Below are positions 1 to 10,365 of a DNA stretch of 64,000 nt, in pieces. The first letter of the stretch is position 1. Every line of letters starts with the position of its first letter. The DNA comes from a virus (taxonomy: Duplodnaviria > Caudoviricetes), in IMG/VR virus record IMGVR_UViG_3300025621_001306, positions 1 to 64,000 of that record; one strand, given 5' to 3'. The notes beneath the pieces are model-generated. The model ran no database searches. It was not told where the DNA came from and saw only the letters and a program-made list of their open reading frames with translations. A program made the position numbers and the translations under genes.

Positions 1-1
1 A

Positions 2-958
2 ACCGCTTATTGTTAAGGACTCTGTGAAAACTCCAGTCTTTCCGCTGATAATGCCGCCGCTAATGTTGCCAGTAACAGTAAGATCGTTCTGAATATTAAT
101 ATCGCCATCTTCATTGATGACCATAACATTTTCGCCACCCTGTTGGAAATTTATGTTTCGAACATCTCCAGGCTCCGTGCCGCCAAAATCAATATTGTCT
201 TGGTCGCCCCCGATAACTGGAAACCCGCCGATTGTACCACCAACTCCAGTCGCAACAGAAATTCCGCTGATAGTCAAAGACTCGGTAAAAGATGCAACCC
301 TTCCGCTTGTGGTATTAAAAATGCCAGTATAACCACTTATGCTGCCAGACACTGTTGTGTCTATTATTTCTTGAACATAAGTTGTTCCGCTAACGTAAAA
401 ATCGCCAGAAACATGAGCATCTCCAGACACAAAAAGAGTATTGAATTTGCCCGTATCAGCCTGAATGCTTGGCCCATTTATAGGGCCAGAAAAATTAGCA
501 CTGCCAGCAAGCGATATATTACCATCCTCAACAACAAAAACATCTTCCTGAGATGGATCTCCTACAGAAAGTTCTTCTCCAAAATGTCCAGTTTGACCAG
601 TGATAAAATCCGAATGAAGCGAATTGAAGTGGCCGCTTTCGCCGCTAAGTAATCCTTTATCATAATCGTATGTTAAATTTAGTGTGCCCCCAAAGGATTC
701 TCCGCTATTAAATTGTACTGATCCATCTATTCCTTTAGGAAGCTGCCCTCTGGGTTGACCAATTTCACCTATTTTAACCCAATCAGTTTGATTATTTTCA
801 CCAGTTTTCTCGTACAGAAAATAAGTGTCAGAGTCAATATATTGGGTACCTATTATGCCGGCAGCTTTAGGGCTTGCAGAGGGAAGTCCGACGTCTAAAA
901 TAAAAGGTTTACGTATACCTAAATTAGCGCTTACATAATCTTCAAAAATATTACCCAT
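2..958 (-). CDS. Virion structural / tail-fibre-like protein, runs off the window (not in ORF track)
   Basis: ATG at 958 just after the upstream stop at 960; open frame MGNIFEDYVSANLGIRKPF...GGDQDNIDFGGTEPGDVRNINFQQGGENVMVINEDGD... to the window edge; shares a repeat with 3064-4458. Confidence 0.75.
   Translation of the reverse strand, partial: MGNIFEDYVSANLGIRKPFILDVGLPSASPKAAGIIGTQYIDSDTYFLYEKTGENNQTDWVKIGEIGQPRGQLPKGIDGSVQFNSGESFGGTLNLTYDYDKGLLSGESGHFNSLHSDFITGQTGHFGEELSVGDPSQEDVFVVEDGNISLAGSANFSGPINGPSIQADTGKFNTLFVSGDAHVSGDFYVSGTTYVQEIIDTTVSGSISGYTGIFNTTSGRVASFTESLTISGISVATGVGGTIGGFPVIGGDQDNIDFGGTEPGDVRNINFQQGGENVMVINEDGDINIQNDLTVTGNISGGIISGKTGVFTESLTISG
20..215 (-). repeat. Coding repeat copy A (GGDQDNIDFGGT-x-PGD-x-RNINFQQGGENVMVIN...)
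   Basis: 20-169 matches 3691-3840 at 148/150 nt. Confidence 0.9.
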
Positions 959-959
959 A

Positions 960-3050
960 TTAGTTTTCCTCAATCTTAGCTACGGCCGGATTTCCGGGAG
1001 CGTTATTTGCATCTCTGCGAGTTTTATCTAAGTTATAAATATAGTTTCCATTGGTGGAAAAATTTGCATTTACGTCACAAATAGCAAATTGATGAACAAA
1101 ATCCATGGCATCATTTAGTTGAGTTCCGTTTGCAAAACTTTTGTAAGCATAAAGAGTTCCACCGTTTGGACCATTACCAGGCTCTACAAGATTTTCGAAG
1201 GTTACATTGTTCGGGTCAAATACGCTTGTGCCTATCGGATGTAGTCCTCTACCTAATCCATCGTTTCTTCCTGGATCAGAAATTGTATCCCTTAGGCTGA
1301 AACCTCTTAAATTATACGAGCTGGGCGCTACTTGAGTTGTAACTAAACCCGCAAGGTTGACGGCAGAGACAGTCCAGTTAAAGGCTCCTTTTGCATCTTC
1401 ATCTTCAACCGTTAAGGCGAAAGAGTTTGAAGTTGGGCCTGTTCCCTGAGAAGAATGAACCAGAGAGGAAATAGGATTTTGAGAAGCATCTAAAGACAAC
1501 GAGGGTGAGGCGTTAAAAATTTGATCGCTGTTCAAGTTAAAGTTATAAGTAGCACCTGGAGTTGGCCCGCTCTGTATGTTTCCATTAAGGTTTGGTATGC
1601 TAAGTTGAAGCGCGGTATTTGCAATTTTTACATTGGTTGCGCTTGAAACGATAATACCATTCGTAGTCTTTGTGGCTATGACGTTAAAATTATTGTTTGA
1701 TACGTTGTAATCACCATTTATACGAGATACAGATTTTGCTGGCTCGTAAAGGGTTGAACTAATGATGTTTAACTCACCAATATTAGAGCTATAAGAGTAT
1801 GTGTCGGCATCACTTATGGTATGATTTACCGTCGCAGTTTCATTTAATTTTAGCGCGCCTTGGTTGATTGGGTAATCAACTGTGCCAAATGATATTGTTG
1901 GCGCAACATTGTCAACTGGCCGAGTTCTGTTAGGTCCGGCGAATTCTGTAGAGCATTGTTTTGCAGCAACAACGCCTGCATTATTGGTTGAATCAATGCA
2001 AACTCCAAGATCTCCATCTCTATTACTTACAACAACTGGAAGAGTTACACCGCTAAATCCAGCTCCCAGCGCAGAGTCGTGCCATGCCAAGTTTGTGTGT
2101 GTGGATTGTTGAGCAAGAGCTTCATTATAAATATTAATAGAAGCAGGCACTTGAAGTGGGTGGAAAAAGTTGTTTGCATCGTAAACTACTTCTATGTCAA
2201 CAGTGTCCCCATTTTTTAAATGAGTGGTTCCAAGGTTGCTTCCTGGAGAAGGAATTGCGGTATTAACAGCGGCAATAGAAATGTCTTCAGCCAGTATGCC
2301 AACTCCAATTTCGAATAAATTAAGATATCCAGTGCGACCATTAGATGATCCGGTAATTCTATTATCTCCGGCCAAATCCAAGTTGTCTAAGTAACCTTCA
2401 AAACGGCGCGTTTTATCTCCAAGCTCAGTGATATTACTGATTGGTATTTGAGTTCCATTAATATAACCGGTACCTATGTAATCGTCCGGCGGCCCATCCC
2501 AGCGTATTGAAACTTTCATGTCGTTCGCAAAATCAACAACAACATCAGACAAATAAACATCTGGAACAGGAGTTGGGTTGTAAACTTTAAAAGTGGCCCC
2601 ACCGTTGTTCAGGGCGTCAGAAAAGAAAACAAAAGATGAAGAAGAAACTAATTCAAGTCCATCATTGATTTTTATAATTTCAGCTTCCAGAAATTGACCA
2701 CTAGCATCCAAGGCACCACTTACGCTAGAAACCTTATCGTCCAGTAATTGACCACTAGCATCCAAGGCACCACTTAGCACCTGCAAGGATTGTCCCAGCA
2801 ACGCTCCAGTCGCAACAAGCTGACCACTAAGATCATCGAATCTAGGATCAAGGGCATCACCAGTAAGAACTGTTTCGCCGCTAATAGTTAAAGACTGAGT
2901 AAATGATCCGCTCTTTGTTCCTATAGAGCTGTATTCAGATAAATCAGAATAAGAAACTCTAAAGTTTTCCGCACCAGTAGCAGCTACAAAGGCGTATCCA
3001 TTTTTAGGTATTGACGGATTTAAGTCCGTTATTTTTTTGTTTTCAGACAT
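960..3050 (-). CDS. Putative virion structural protein (short coiled coil followed by beta-rich domains)
   Basis: 696 aa, rich in G/S/T/N; N-terminal KKITDL motif resembles phage tail-appendage proteins; SGALDASGQ occurs twice. Confidence 0.6.
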   Translation of the reverse strand: MSENKKITDLNPSIPKNGYAFVAATGAENFRVSYSDLSEYSSIGTKSGSFTQSLTISGETVLTGDALDPRFDDLSGQLVATGALLGQSLQVLSGALDASGQLLDDKVSSVSGALDASGQFLEAEIIKINDGLELVSSSSFVFFSDALNNGGATFKVYNPTPVPDVYLSDVVVDFANDMKVSIRWDGPPDDYIGTGYINGTQIPISNITELGDKTRRFEGYLDNLDLAGDNRITGSSNGRTGYLNLFEIGVGILAEDISIAAVNTAIPSPGSNLGTTHLKNGDTVDIEVVYDANNFFHPLQVPASINIYNEALAQQSTHTNLAWHDSALGAGFSGVTLPVVVSNRDGDLGVCIDSTNNAGVVAAKQCSTEFAGPNRTRPVDNVAPTISFGTVDYPINQGALKLNETATVNHTISDADTYSYSSNIGELNIISSTLYEPAKSVSRINGDYNVSNNNFNVIATKTTNGIIVSSATNVKIANTALQLSIPNLNGNIQSGPTPGATYNFNLNSDQIFNASPSLSLDASQNPISSLVHSSQGTGPTSNSFALTVEDEDAKGAFNWTVSAVNLAGLVTTQVAPSSYNLRGFSLRDTISDPGRNDGLGRGLHPIGTSVFDPNNVTFENLVEPGNGPNGGTLYAYKSFANGTQLNDAMDFVHQFAICDVNANFSTNGNYIYNLDKTRRDANNAPGNPAVAKIEEN

Positions 3051-3063
3051 TTTAAATTCTTAT

Positions 3064-4458
3064 TTATTCAGTATCAAATACAAGGTTGTCGTTATTGTCA
3101 GAATAAACTATAACGTTACCTATCTTGATTCTTTCAGAGTAAATATCCCCGCTTACATCCAATTCGGCTTGAGGATTATTGTTATTAACGCCCACATTTC
3201 CTTCGTCGTAATAAATGTCTCCGCCAGCTTGAATAGTGTCGTACCATTTAGTATTAGTGAAGTTTATTCCATCAATAGAACTTTCTTTGACCGTTAATTG
3301 GCCGTTTCCTATATCTTCAAGCCATTGAATCGATGCTTGCTGGTTACCTGTTAATACACTGACCCCGCTAACCGAAAGGCTTTCTGTGAAAACTCCGGTC
3401 TTGCCGCTGATAATTCCGCCGCTAATATTCCCAGTAACAGTAAGATCGTTCTGAATACTAACATCACCATCTTGATTGATAACCATGACATTCTCGCCGC
3501 CCTGCTGGAAATTAATTGGACGATCATCTCCAGGCTCGGTGCCGCCAAAGTCAATATTATCTTGATCCCCTCCTACGACTGGTAACCCGCCCACTGTTCC
3601 GCCAGCCCCAGTAGACACTGGCTTTCCGCTAATCAATAAAGAAGTTGTGAACGAAGCATTGTTTCCTAAAGTATTTTCAGACAATAATGTCTCTGTGAAA
3701 ACTCCAGTCTTGCCGCTGATAATGCCGCCGCTAATGTTGCCAGTAACAGTAAGATCGTTCTGAATATTAACATCGCCATCTTCATTGATGACCATAACAT
3801 TTTCGCCACCCTGTTGGAAATTTATGTTTCGAACATCTCCTGGGTCAGTACCACCAAAGTCAATGTTGTCTTGATCTCCTCCAATAACTGAACCGCCTCC
3901 TGGGATTTCAAAACCAGTAAGAACAGAGAAACCGCTTATAGTCAAAGACTCTGTAAAAGATCCGGTTTTGCCGCTAGAAGTATTAAAAATACCTGTGTGC
4001 CCACTTATTGTTCCAGATACTGTAGTGTCAATTATTTCATGGACATGTGTTGTGCCAGTAACATAAAGATCTCCAGAGATGTGAACGTCGCTAGAAACAA
4101 TAACCTTTTCAAAAAAACCAGTTGAAGATACAAAATTACCAGTAACAGTAAGATCGTTCTGAATATTAACATCGCCATCTTCATTGATAACCATGACATT
4201 CTCGCCGCCCTGTTGGAAGTTTATGTTTCGAACATCTCCGGGTTGAGTACCGCCAAAGTTAATGTTGTCTTGATCTCCTCCAATAACTGAACCGCCTCCT
4301 CCAGCGTCCAGTCCGAGATCAGATTTTAAGTCACCATATGGTATCTTATAGTTTTTAGCGCTAGAGTTTTCGGTTTCTCCGCTAGCGACTACGAAAAAGA
4401 CATCTTCGCCTGTGGCTCCTGCGAACGTCTGAAATTCTGAAATCTTTTTGTCTGGCAT
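3064..4458 (-). CDS. Tail-fibre-like structural protein with three internal ~55-aa repeats
   Basis: 464 aa; C-terminal GNVGVNNNNPQAELDVSG is a typical fibre beta-repeat motif. Confidence 0.7.
   Translation of the reverse strand: MPDKKISEFQTFAGATGEDVFFVVASGETENSSAKNYKIPYGDLKSDLGLDAGGGGSVIGGDQDNINFGGTQPGDVRNINFQQGGENVMVINEDGDVNIQNDLTVTGNFVSSTGFFEKVIVSSDVHISGDLYVTGTTHVHEIIDTTVSGTISGHTGIFNTSSGKTGSFTESLTISGFSVLTGFEIPGGGSVIGGDQDNIDFGGTDPGDVRNINFQQGGENVMVINEDGDVNIQNDLTVTGNISGGIISGKTGVFTETLLSENTLGNNASFTTSLLISGKPVSTGAGGTVGGLPVVGGDQDNIDFGGTEPGDDRPINFQQGGENVMVINQDGDVSIQNDLTVTGNISGGIISGKTGVFTESLSVSGVSVLTGNQQASIQWLEDIGNGQLTVKESSIDGINFTNTKWYDTIQAGGDIYYDEGNVGVNNNNPQAELDVSGDIYSERIKIGNVIVYSDNNDNLVFDTE
3383..4297 (-). 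repeat. Coding repeat copies B, C, D (about 3383-3575, 3691-3900, 4139-4297)
   Basis: Shared DNA core CCAGTAACAGTAAGATCGTTCTGAATA(T/C)TAACATC(G/A)CCATCTT. Confidence 0.9.
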
Positions 4459-4502
4459 GGTAAAATAATATACACATATTTATTCCAGACATTTGTTTTT
4501 AA

Positions 4503-6914
4503 TTAATCTATATTGTATATAACTTGTTCTTCTTGTAGTAAAAAGTTAAATTTCAATTCTTTTTCTTCTTGATTATTAAAGTAGTGTTCTACTATTTTGT
4601 CTTCTATATTTGATTTGATTAATCTTTTAAGTGGTCTTGCGCCCATCTTTTCTTTGGATGCTTGCTCGCATATGAATTCCGCCGCTTCACTATTTATTAT
4701 CAATTTTATTTTTTTAGATCTTAATTTAGAAGATAGTTTTCTGATTTCTGATTTAAATATTTTTAATAGATGGTCTTGTTTTAAGTGATTAAATACTATT
4801 ACTGAGTCTAATCTATTAACTAATTCTGGGCTTAGTATCTTTTTTGCTAGGTCATGTATCTTGGTATCGTTAGACACTGGGGTAGGAGAAAAGCCAAGCG
4901 AGCTCTTTGTTGTTAGGTCGGAACCAATATTACTAGTAAGTATAATAATAGTATCTTTGAAGTAAACTTTTGTGCCCGAATTATCTTCGAGTTCGCCTTC
5001 TTCTAGTATTTGCAACAATAGTTGTTGGACTTCTGGGTGCGACTTCTCAACTTCATCGAACAATAATACGCAATGCGGCTTCTTCTTGATGGCCTCAATT
5101 AGTACACCCCCTTCTTCGTAGCCAACGTACCCAGGGGAAGCACCAGTGAGCTTTGAGGATGAAACCTTATCCGAGTATTCGGACATGTCGAAGCGCAAAA
5201 TATTCTTTTCTGAGCCAAAGTAATGCTTGGCTATCATTTTTGCAGTCCAAGTCTTTCCAACTCCACTAGCTCCCAGGCAGAGAAATGAACCTATTGGCTT
5301 GTTCATGTCTTTAAGCCCAAGTTTAAACCTTAGTATTGATTTATGTATATCTGATACTGCGTCTTTTTGATTAACCACGTCCCTGTTTAGCTTTCTTCCT
5401 AAGCTAACTAACTTTTCGTCCTTAGAATTTTCAAAGTTTTCTTTTGGAAGCTTTGTTTTAGAAGAAAGGCATTCTAATATGTCGTCTTCTGTCACACTTT
5501 GTCTGAAGTTGTTTTCCCATTCGTCGCCTAGCTTTGTGTATTGATTGATTAAATCATCTTCGATTGACGAACTAGCAGCCTGTGGGCTTAAGTCATAAAT
5601 CTGAGATTCGATCTTCATCATTTCTTTTGATGGAGTGGTGTTTTTGATTTTTAATTTTGCACCACACTCATCAAGCACGTCTATGGCTTTATCTGGAAAA
5701 TTTTTACCAGGAAGATAATCTTCGCAGAGTGATACTATCTTCTTTAATATTGATAGCGAATATTTTACTCCATGAAATTGCTCGTAAGAGGATTTGATTC
5801 CTTTTAGTATCTGGTAGCATTCATCAGCAGAAGGTTCTTCTATCATTACGTTTTCAAATCGTCGAACAAGCGCAATGTCTTTCTCGATATTTTTTTTGTA
5901 TTCAGAAAAAGTGGTTGCACCTATAACTGTTAGGTCGCCTCTAGCCAGCGAGGGTTTTAGCATATTTGCGGCATCCATTGCTCCTTCTGCGCTACCAGCC
6001 CCAACGATAGTATGAATTTCATCTATAAACAATACTATGTTTTTGTCTTGAGAGCACTCAAGTATTAAGTCTTTAAGTCTTTTTTCGAATTGCCCGCGAT
6101 ATTTTGTTCCAGCTATCATTGAGGCTAGATCAACCGAGTATATTTTCTTTCCAAACAAGAATGGTGGAACTTTGTTTTTGCCTATTCTTTGGACAAGACC
6201 CTCGACCACTGCAGTCTTACCAACGCCGGGTTCACCTATTAATAGTAGATTGTTCTTTATTTTTCTACCAAGTATTTCACAAGCCCTGTCCATCTCAGCA
6301 TCTTTACCTATAATTTTACCAATAGACCCTTTATGGTTTAGCTCGTTTAGGTTCGTGCAAAAAGATTCAAGCATGCTATTGGGGTCAGCTTGAGGCTTTC
6401 TTTGTGATGCGGGAACCTGCTGCTCTTCATCACTTCTTTTAGTAGGTTCATTGGAGAAAGCTTGTTGTTCGTCAAACAAAACAAGAAAAGCTTCAAGTAT
6501 CTTAGAGGGAGAAACATTGTGGGCATAAAAAAAGTGAGAGCAAACTCCGTTTGAGTCGTTCAAAAACGAAAAGAATAAGTGTTCTGGGCCAACATAGCTA
6601 TTCTGTATCTTTTTTGCAAACTCATGGGATTTAGTTAGTAACTCCTTAATGTCTTCGCCAAAATAAGCTTCTGAGCTATCGACGACTGCCTCCTCAAAGA
6701 GATAAAAACCTTCTACGAATTCTATAAAATCACTAACCTTTAGGTTGAACCCTCTAACCAAGTCATTTAGGAAGCTGCAATCAGAAGAAAAGATTGAGAC
6801 CAGCAAGTGGCCGCAGTTAACCTCTTCATGAAAAAGAGATTCTGCTAGATTTTTAGAATCTGCTATAATGCGTTGACACTTAGGAGTGAAGTTTGGTGAT
6901 GTTTCCATACTCAT
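4503..6914 (-). CDS. clpC: ClpC/ClpA-type Hsp100 AAA+ ATPase
   Basis: Clp N-domain repeats; two Walker A motifs (GEPGVGKT, GASGVGKT); FIDEIH and LFDEVEK Walker B motifs; GYVG pore loop; LGF loop. Confidence 0.92.
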   Translation of the reverse strand: MSMETSPNFTPKCQRIIADSKNLAESLFHEEVNCGHLLVSIFSSDCSFLNDLVRGFNLKVSDFIEFVEGFYLFEEAVVDSSEAYFGEDIKELLTKSHEFAKKIQNSYVGPEHLFFSFLNDSNGVCSHFFYAHNVSPSKILEAFLVLFDEQQAFSNEPTKRSDEEQQVPASQRKPQADPNSMLESFCTNLNELNHKGSIGKIIGKDAEMDRACEILGRKIKNNLLLIGEPGVGKTAVVEGLVQRIGKNKVPPFLFGKKIYSVDLASMIAGTKYRGQFEKRLKDLILECSQDKNIVLFIDEIHTIVGAGSAEGAMDAANMLKPSLARGDLTVIGATTFSEYKKNIEKDIALVRRFENVMIEEPSADECYQILKGIKSSYEQFHGVKYSLSILKKIVSLCEDYLPGKNFPDKAIDVLDECGAKLKIKNTTPSKEMMKIESQIYDLSPQAASSSIEDDLINQYTKLGDEWENNFRQSVTEDDILECLSSKTKLPKENFENSKDEKLVSLGRKLNRDVVNQKDAVSDIHKSILRFKLGLKDMNKPIGSFLCLGASGVGKTWTAKMIAKHYFGSEKNILRFDMSEYSDKVSSSKLTGASPGYVGYEEGGVLIEAIKKKPHCVLLFDEVEKSHPEVQQLLLQILEEGELEDNSGTKVYFKDTIIILTSNIGSDLTTKSSLGFSPTPVSNDTKIHDLAKKILSPELVNRLDSVIVFNHLKQDHLLKIFKSEIRKLSSKLRSKKIKLIINSEAAEFICEQASKEKMGARPLKRLIKSNIEDKIVEHYFNNQEEKELKFNFLLQEEQVIYNID

Positions 6915-6924
6915 ATTGTTACAC

Positions 6925-9501
6925 TTATACTTTTAAGTCTTTCAAATTCATATAGATAATTTCATCTACCACCTTCATGTGGTTGACAAAGATGGCGTCT
7001 CCGTCTGGAGTTTTATCTCCGTGTACGGTGATAATATTTCCTTCTTTGGGTACAGCATTATCCTTCAAATAGTTTGTGCATTTTTTCTCTCTTGCATTGT
7101 CGCAAAGTATAGCGTCGATTGTACCAAATTCATCTTCAAGCTCAAGCTTGATATAAAGATTGCCATTCTTGGATTTTTCCTTCTTTGAGAAGGCGACTGT
7201 GAATATGTATTTTGCTGACTCTCTTGGCTCTAGGGATTTGAAATGTAGGGAGTTTTGTGGAGCCTTTGTTTGGTGCTTAAAAACTTCACTCAAGCGAGAT
7301 GAATAACTAAATCCAAGTAAGGCTTTTTCAAAATACCAATTAGCAAAGTCTTGGCTTTTGCTGTTTTTATAATATATATCCTTGTAGGGAGCGTATTTCT
7401 TCTTAAGAGTTCCGTATCTGGACTCCTTCATTAAGGCCTTGCCGTCGTCACCCACAGCTTTGAATTCAGAAGTTGTGATCGTCTTAAAGATTTCAAACAA
7501 ATCAACCGTCTCCTTTTCTGAGAAGGCAATAAAGTTGCGCTTTTCCCTGTCAGTTAGAATGTTGAACAATTGAGCTTCCAGCACCAACTTGGACCTGTCG
7601 GCACTTAGGTCGTCACTCAATGCTCCTGCTTGAATCAGTGCCGACAATACGCCTATATTTAATCCAGCTTGTTTTGCAGCCAAGAATAAATCAAACTTAG
7701 TTGAGCTATCTTCGCTCCTGAATTTGCGCAAAGAGTCTAGTGATTTGTCGCTAATACCCTTGATACTACTTAATCCATATCTAATATTCTTGCCTTCGAT
7801 TGAGAAGTCCATTTTCGATTTAATTAAATTGGGAGGAAGTAGTTTGATGTCAAACTGGGGAAGTTCTTGACTAATCTTTGAAACTTCTGCTTGAGGAGTA
7901 GGTTCAGAGTTGGTCATCTTTAGCAACGCTAGAAAAAACTCTTGAGGATGGTTAAACTTTAGGTATATGGTCCACGCCGCAAGGGTACTGTATGCTATCG
8001 AATGACTTTTATTGAACGAATAATTTGCACTATCCTCCGCCACCTTCCAAAGAACGTCTCCAGCTTCTACTGGTAAGCTGTTTTCGATAACCTTTGCTTC
8101 TATCTTTTGCTTCCACTCTTGCATCTTTTCAACTTTCTTTTTGCCGACAATCCTTCTTAGCTGCTCCGCTTCATCTAGTGTGAAGCCAAGCTTTACGGCC
8201 ATCTTCATTAACTGCTCTTGGTACAATGGGATTCCTCCTGTGTAACTAAGCTCTTCGTCAAAAACTTCATGAACGCTTTGAAATTCACCAGTCCTTACGT
8301 ATGTGGAGTAATCGTCGACAAAATCAAGAGCTCCAGGTCTAGCGATAGCTATCACGGCACTAAGCTCCTCTAGGGTTCTAGGCTTAATCTTTTTGCATAC
8401 GCTAAAATTTGTGCTGGCCTCAATCTGGAACAATCCATGGGGGCAATCGAGTTCCCCTAGAGGGTAATAGGTTTCATCAGCCTCAAGGGGTATGTCTATT
8501 GGGTTCAAATCAATACTCTCACATGTATTATATATAACACTAAGAGTCCTCAGTCCAAGGATGTCGAACTTAACCATTAATTCCGAAACCCAATTCATAT
8601 CATATCCGGTAACTAAAGCTCCGTCATTAGTCCTTTGTACAGGACAAAAATCAATAAGTTCATCGTAAGATATAGCGATGCCAGAAGGATGAACTCCTGA
8701 GTTTTTATTTAATCCTTGGATTTTTTTAGCAATCTTTATTACTTCTTGATTCTTTAATGCCCATTCAGAAAACTTTTCATTGTCTTCTATTGCAAACTCT
8801 ATACTTGCAACTTTACCAAAATGCTTGGGTATCTGAGCCGTAATAACGTTTATATCCATCTCGCTATAATTACCCACAATTTTTCCACACTCCCTTATGC
8901 ATAATTTACTACTAAGAGTGTTTAGCGTTAAGATTTTAGCAGTCCTTCCGGGGTATTTGTTTTCAATATACTCGATAACTTTATCTCTATGTTCGTACGC
9001 AATGTCATTATCTACATCAGCAAGCAAGGATCCATCAAGATATGTAATACCTTCTTTTTCAATCTTCTTCGCTCTGCTTTTGCTGACAAAACGCTCAAAG
9101 AATAAACCATACTTAATCGGATCTATCTTTGTTACATCTATAAGAAAAAGAATAAGCGAGCCAGCAGCACTTCCACGCCCTGGGCCTGTGGGTATTTTGC
9201 TCTTATGGCAAAAGTCAAGTATGTCCCAATTTAATAATATATAATCAATAAAGCCTAATTCATTTAGGATTTTTAATTCTTCTTTTACTCTACTATAGTA
9301 TTCTTTTTTGTTGGGCAGTTTGTCTATACCTTTGTTCTTGACACCTTTTAAGCAAAGCTCCCTCAGGAAGTCAAAGTTGGAAGTCTTTGGGTCTAGGCCC
9401 AAACTATCATAATTCTTTTGCGTGATTTTGATTTCTGGAAGTCGCACACCTGGAGGCGCCGACCCTTCGTAGCTCGAGAACTGACTTAAAAATTTACTCA
9501 T
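6925..9501 (-). CDS. dnaE: Family C DNA polymerase (DnaE catalytic core lacking the N-terminal PHP domain)
   Basis: GPGRGSAAGS, LFFERF, DVDND, VKFDILGL, LYQEQ, YSFNKSHS; C-terminal OB fold. Confidence 0.93.
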   Translation of the reverse strand: MSKFLSQFSSYEGSAPPGVRLPEIKITQKNYDSLGLDPKTSNFDFLRELCLKGVKNKGIDKLPNKKEYYSRVKEELKILNELGFIDYILLNWDILDFCHKSKIPTGPGRGSAAGSLILFLIDVTKIDPIKYGLFFERFVSKSRAKKIEKEGITYLDGSLLADVDNDIAYEHRDKVIEYIENKYPGRTAKILTLNTLSSKLCIRECGKIVGNYSEMDINVITAQIPKHFGKVASIEFAIEDNEKFSEWALKNQEVIKIAKKIQGLNKNSGVHPSGIAISYDELIDFCPVQRTNDGALVTGYDMNWVSELMVKFDILGLRTLSVIYNTCESIDLNPIDIPLEADETYYPLGELDCPHGLFQIEASTNFSVCKKIKPRTLEELSAVIAIARPGALDFVDDYSTYVRTGEFQSVHEVFDEELSYTGGIPLYQEQLMKMAVKLGFTLDEAEQLRRIVGKKKVEKMQEWKQKIEAKVIENSLPVEAGDVLWKVAEDSANYSFNKSHSIAYSTLAAWTIYLKFNHPQEFFLALLKMTNSEPTPQAEVSKISQELPQFDIKLLPPNLIKSKMDFSIEGKNIRYGLSSIKGISDKSLDSLRKFRSEDSSTKFDLFLAAKQAGLNIGVLSALIQAGALSDDLSADRSKLVLEAQLFNILTDREKRNFIAFSEKETVDLFEIFKTITTSEFKAVGDDGKALMKESRYGTLKKKYAPYKDIYYKNSKSQDFANWYFEKALLGFSYSSRLSEVFKHQTKAPQNSLHFKSLEPRESAKYIFTVAFSKKEKSKNGNLYIKLELEDEFGTIDAILCDNAREKKCTNYLKDNAVPKEGNIITVHGDKTPDGDAIFVNHMKVVDEIIYMNLKDLKV

Positions 9502-9742
9502 AAGATAAGGATAGTATTGCTTGGTTTTTGTAGTCGTCCAAAGATTTTGTAGTGTTTTCTATTTCAAGCAGGTCGTCGATCAACCCAGCAAATTCAACTA
9601 AGTTTTCGTCCCAGTAGTCCTTTGGGTGAGATATAAAGGATTTTGCTATTGAGTTAGCTTTCGTTTTAAGCTCTGAAATTTCAGATCGATAAAAACTTAA
9701 CAACTCTTCTACTTCTATTGATTTTATATTTCTATTTTCCAT
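9494..9742 (-). CDS. Small acidic helical hypothetical protein, possibly a polymerase accessory
   Basis: 82 aa, overlaps both neighbouring genes. Confidence 0.55.
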   Translation of the reverse strand: MENRNIKSIEVEELLSFYRSEISELKTKANSIAKSFISHPKDYWDENLVEFAGLIDDLLEIENTTKSLDDYKNQAILSLSYE

Positions 9743-10365
9743 AACATTTTTCTGAATACTTGGTAATTTTTTTGGATATCATAAAGTGCATCATGTAATT
9801 TTGTTGTGTCAAGTTCGACGTCATAATTTTTACAACAAGCGCCCAAGTTTAATCTTAGACCTCTTTCGTATATAGAGTTTAATTTAAATTGCCAGGATAG
9901 TAGCTCGTCATCTTCGTTGATTTTTATGTCTTTAGCAATGGCTTTTGCAATAGAGAGAGTGTCTATACATTTTTTTAAGTAAGAATAGTCAGTCTTTCTG
10001 CCGAGTAATTTGCGATATATATTGTGAATGTAAATATCAAAACCAAAGATGTTGTGTCCTAACTTGATGTAGTCATCATCGTATAGATATTTTTCAAAAT
10101 GATCCAGGATTTTTTCCGCAGGCTTAGCCTTCTTCTTGTAAACAGAATCTTTAAATCCAGTAACTTTTCTTGCTCCATCAGACATTTTTAAATCATCCCA
10201 ATGTATGAAGTAATCGTTAGATTCTATTAATTTATCACCTTCATAAATCATAAAGGCTAACTGCCAAGGCTTGTTGTCTTTGGACACTAAGTTAAGATTG
10301 CAAGTTTCAAAGTCGAAGACCATGTATTTTTGCTTTTTATTAAATCTAAGTAGGTTTTCTTTCAT
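9724..10365 (-). CDS. DEDDh 3'-5' exonuclease (DnaQ/epsilon-like)
   Basis: VFDFET, GHNIFGFD, LHDALYD; start moved to ATG 10365 (ATGA overlap with the upstream stop). Confidence 0.85.
   Translation of the reverse strand: MKENLLRFNKKQKYMVFDFETCNLNLVSKDNKPWQLAFMIYEGDKLIESNDYFIHWDDLKMSDGARKVTGFKDSVYKKKAKPAEKILDHFEKYLYDDDYIKLGHNIFGFDIYIHNIYRKLLGRKTDYSYLKKCIDTLSIAKAIAKDIKINEDDELLSWQFKLNSIYERGLRLNLGACCKNYDVELDTTKLHDALYDIQKNYQVFRKMLWKIEI

Noticed and set aside
20-4297. Diversity-generating retroelement TR/VR pair
   Set aside because: All copies are in-frame coding, differences are not adenine-specific, and no reverse transcriptase is in the window.
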